NCBI RefSeq assembly: GCF_000013905.1
Contig: NC_007969.1
Span: forward strand, 1-32,000
Origin: Psychrobacter cryohalolentis K5
Lineage (GTDB): Bacteria; Pseudomonadota; Gammaproteobacteria; Pseudomonadales; Moraxellaceae
DNA: 32,000 bases
Direction of reading: 5' to 3'
Of the stretch, positions 29,793 through 32,000 are shown in pieces. The first letter of the stretch is position 1; each line of letters starts with the position of its first letter. Made by a program: the position numbers and the translations under genes. Under the pieces are notes generated by a model. The model was not told the DNA's origin, ran no database searches, and saw only the letters and a program-made list of their open reading frames with translations.

Positions 29793-30848
29793 CTAACTCT
29801 CTCTCTCTCTCTCTCTTACCAATCGCTCTAGCAGTTCAACCGTGCGCTCTTGTCTAACCAAAGCGACACCTTGTCCTGCCCATAAAGATTGATGTTCGGC
29901 ATCGCGGTTTTTGGTTGCATGGGCACGCAAAAATTTGGTCATCGCATTTAATTGTGGGTAAGGCGGTAGCTCATGCGCGCTCTCAAATTGAGCAAAATCA
30001 TGCAAATAATCATTTAATAAACCACGAGCCTGTTTCCCTGAGAATAATCTGGTTAAGCGCGTCTCAGAGCTGCGCTTATCTTGGCTGGCATCGAGTAACG
30101 CTTGCTTATAAATGTCATTGATAGCGCATTTATCTGTGGTCAAAAATGCCGTCCCGATTTGCGCCAGCTCAGCACCAGCCGTTTGAACTGCTTTGATGTC
30201 CTGTCCGTTCATAATGCCACCAGCCGCGATTAAAGGAATATCGTTGCAGGCACGCGTTTGACTTATTAGCGTCAATAATCCCAATGGATCGTTTTCACTT
30301 TGCGGCAACCAACCACCGCGATGCCCACCCGCTTCGACCCCTTGCACGCATACCGCATCTGCACCAATCTCTGCCCATGCTTTTGCTTCCAATGGATGAT
30401 TGGCAGTACCGACGACCCGTGTGCCTAGACCTTGCAAACGCTGCACCTGCTCAGCGCTGATAATGCCAAAGGTAAAACTGGCGACAGGAACGGGATTGTC
30501 ATAGAGCACTTGTAGCTGCTCTGCAAAGCTTAGCGCTGGGTGCTTCGGCAGAGTAAATTCGATATTTTTCTCTTGATAGTACTTGCTTAGCCAAGTAGGT
30601 ACTTCGCTATCCAAAGCACTAGATTCATGCTCTGATAACACCATCAGATTGACCATAAAAGGATGATCGGTGAGCGATTTAATGGTGTTTATTTCACTAT
30701 TTAAAACGTCTGGCGCCGTCATGCCCGCTCCCAATGAACCCAGTCCACCAAAGTTACTGACAGTCGCTGCCAGCTCAGGGGTGGTTGCTCCTGCCATCGG
30801 CGCTTGAACAATAGGATATGTCAAATTAAGGGTGTTCAGTAAGGTCAT
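29793..30848 (-). CDS. Nitronate monooxygenase (NMO / 2-nitropropane dioxygenase family)
   Basis: MTLLNTLNLTYPIVQAPMAGATTPELAATVSNFGGLGSLGAG is the canonical NMO N-terminus. GGHRGG and IAAGGI blocks are also present, and an AAGGAAG Shine-Dalgarno precedes the start. Confidence 0.9.
   Translation of the reverse strand: MTLLNTLNLTYPIVQAPMAGATTPELAATVSNFGGLGSLGAGMTAPDVLNSEINTIKSLTDHPFMVNLMVLSEHESSALDSEVPTWLSKYYQEKNIEFTLPKHPALSFAEQLQVLYDNPVPVASFTFGIISAEQVQRLQGLGTRVVGTANHPLEAKAWAEIGADAVCVQGVEAGGHRGGWLPQSENDPLGLLTLISQTRACNDIPLIAAGGIMNGQDIKAVQTAGAELAQIGTAFLTTDKCAINDIYKQALLDASQDKRSSETRLTRLFSGKQARGLLNDYLHDFAQFESAHELPPYPQLNAMTKFLRAHATKNRDAEHQSLWAGQGVALVRQERTVELLERLVRERERES
29797..29816. repeat. (CT)10 dinucleotide microsatellite within the last codons of the NMO gene
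   Basis: CTCTCTCTCTCTCTCTCTCT was read directly. On the coding strand it encodes the terminal ...RERERES*. Confidence 0.95.
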
Positions 30849-30960
30849 GACAGGCTTCCTTGTTATTTTATGAGGAGTTTTGCATGACTCACTTTAGCAA
30901 AGCTGGATGGCGTGCGTGTTAGATATTGTTTATTTAGTTGCTGAATAGGAAGGTTGGTTT

Positions 30961-31036
30961 TTGACTACAAAGTTGTAGTTAAAAAATTTGACTACGATTT
31001 TGTAGTTAAGTATTATGACTATAAATTTGTAGTCAA
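30961..31036 (+). promoter_or_regulatory. Three 27-bp-phased palindromic operators overlapping a near-consensus sigma70 promoter
   Basis: ACTACAA-ag-TTGTAGT at 30964..30979, ACTACGA-tt-TTGTAGT at 30991..31006, ACTATAA-at-TTGTAGT at 31018..31033. The promoter is TTGACT (30988..30993), a 17-nt spacer, then TATTAT (31011..31016). An AAGGA Shine-Dalgarno lies at 31039 and the ATG at 31051. Confidence 0.7.
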
Positions 31037-31050
31037 CTAAGGATAAAAAG

Positions 31051-32000
31051 ATGAGTACAGGGAACATAGTGACAGGTGATAATTATTTTCCAAGACCTAC
31101 TGATGAAAATAAGCTATGGAGACATTTGTCAGATGGTGCTCATGTTCTATTGCTGGCACCTAGACGAGTAGGAAAGTCTTCAATGATTACTCATATTAAA
31201 GATCAACCAAAATCAGGTTATGCAGTTATATATGTTTTCGTGCAAGCTTGTGATAATGAGCAGAGCTTTTATCAAAAAATGCTACGTGAAATCTATCGTT
31301 CTGACCATATTAAAAAATCTGAAAAGATAAAGAGTAAGCTCTCAGAGTGGGCAAAAGGTATTAATTTTAGCTTGTCAGTTAGTCCAACGAACATCGAAGC
31401 TGGGTTAGGTAAAGAAAAGGGTGAGACCAAAATAATTACTCATGAAATGATTCGAGATGTACTGTATGAGAGCCTGAAATTGAGTGAAGAGACCATCATT
31501 ATTGCAATTGATGAATTCCCTGATGTACTGGAGAAAATATCTGATGAACATGGTAAAAGAGGTGTAGAGCAGTTTTTATCGGGTATTCGCGCACTGTGTC
31601 AAGACCCTGAGTTCAACGAAAAAGTTCAGTTTATCTTAACAGGCTCGATAGGGTTAGATACATTAGCAGAAAAATTGGCAGTTACCGACTTAATTAATAT
31701 GTTGGTGAATATGAGTGTTCGCCCTTTTAAAGACGATCGAGCAGTAGAATTTATAGACTTTTACATTAATAAGCACTGTTCAGAAGTTATTCTAGATATA
31801 GAGACTAAGCAAGCAATCATCGATGAAGTAGGTTGGAATATGCCCTACTATTTAGGGCTAGTATGTGAGCAGCTTATTGAAATATTTGATGAAGAAGAAC
31901 GTCAAATCGAGCATAGCGATGTAAAGGTAGCTATCAACAGTTTGTTTAGTCCAGCAATGAAAACCGTCTTTTCTCATTGGCGTGATAGATTAAACCGTCT
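31051..32000 (+). CDS. P-loop NTPase, PF01637-like (Arch_ATPase/STAND-type) ATPase, 3'-truncated by window edge
   Basis: Hand translation is open from ATG 31051 to the end of the window (316+ codons, no stop): MSTGNIVTGDNYFPRPTDENKLWRHLSDGAHVLLLAPRRVGKSSMITHIK... Walker A is APRRVGKSS, Walker B is IIIAIDEFPD, and the sensor-like block is FILTGSIG. It is not in the ORF track because it has no stop in the window. The gene is AT-rich. Confidence 0.8.
   Translation, partial: MSTGNIVTGDNYFPRPTDENKLWRHLSDGAHVLLLAPRRVGKSSMITHIKDQPKSGYAVIYVFVQACDNEQSFYQKMLREIYRSDHIKKSEKIKSKLSEWAKGINFSLSVSPTNIEAGLGKEKGETKIITHEMIRDVLYESLKLSEETIIIAIDEFPDVLEKISDEHGKRGVEQFLSGIRALCQDPEFNEKVQFILTGSIGLDTLAEKLAVTDLINMLVNMSVRPFKDDRAVEFIDFYINKHCSEVILDIETKQAIIDEVGWNMPYYLGLVCEQLIEIFDEEERQIEHSDVKVAINSLFSPAMKTVFSHWRDRLNR

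Noticed and set aside
30884-30922. 12-codon micro-ORF (MTHFSKAGWRAC) with a strong GAGGAG Shine-Dalgarno between the NMO gene and the operator array.
   Set aside because: It is too short to evaluate, and the SD-like sequence may be coincidental. I note it only in case ribosome profiling becomes available.
30961-31036. Three regularly spaced repeats that could be mistaken for a mini-CRISPR array or plasmid iterons.
   Set aside because: There are only three units. Each is itself a palindrome, the 11-nt 'spacers' are too short for CRISPR, and no cas or rep genes are nearby. The overlap with a -35/-10 promoter fits operators better.

Overview
The window is the chromosomal replication-origin neighbourhood of a moderately AT-rich gammaproteobacterium. 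The likely source is Psychrobacter or another Moraxellaceae. I infer this from the rnpA-rpmH-oriC-dnaA-dnaN-recF-gyrB gene order and from a lipoprotein lipase that I recall as very close to Psychrobacter immobilis Lip1. The rest is mostly housekeeping or metabolic: mntP, rlmF, a LysE-type exporter, a crotonase, a PatB/MalY-type lyase, guaA, two MDR oxidoreductases, an Asp racemase, a MATE pump and a nitronate monooxygenase. I found no rRNA, tRNA, CRISPR array, transposase or integrase. Two real genes are missing from the ORF track: rpmH (44 aa, 574..708, minus strand) and an edge-truncated P-loop ATPase (31051..>32000, plus strand). Six things deserve a second look. (1) The AT-rich ATPase gene at the right edge sits behind a near-consensus promoter embedded in three palindromes phased exactly 27 bp apart. 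It may be the first gene of an accessory or defence-type locus that runs off the window. (2) A family of four ~75-80 bp hairpin-forming intergenic elements has outer stems that differ between copies but stay complementary within each copy. Three copies punctuate one operon. (3) That operon (FGGY kinase, GlpD-like dehydrogenase, alkyl-DHAP-synthase-like flavoenzyme) has no function I can assign. (4) An AT-rich solo SRA-HNH (type IV, modification-dependent) nuclease lies directly downstream of guaA. (5) A lipoprotein with a YadA-head repeat has no autotransporter anchor. (6) A GTTTCACGTGAAAC palindrome brackets mntP, and a 21-nt relative occurs twice inside recF. All homology calls come from reading the translations by eye. 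No searches were run.
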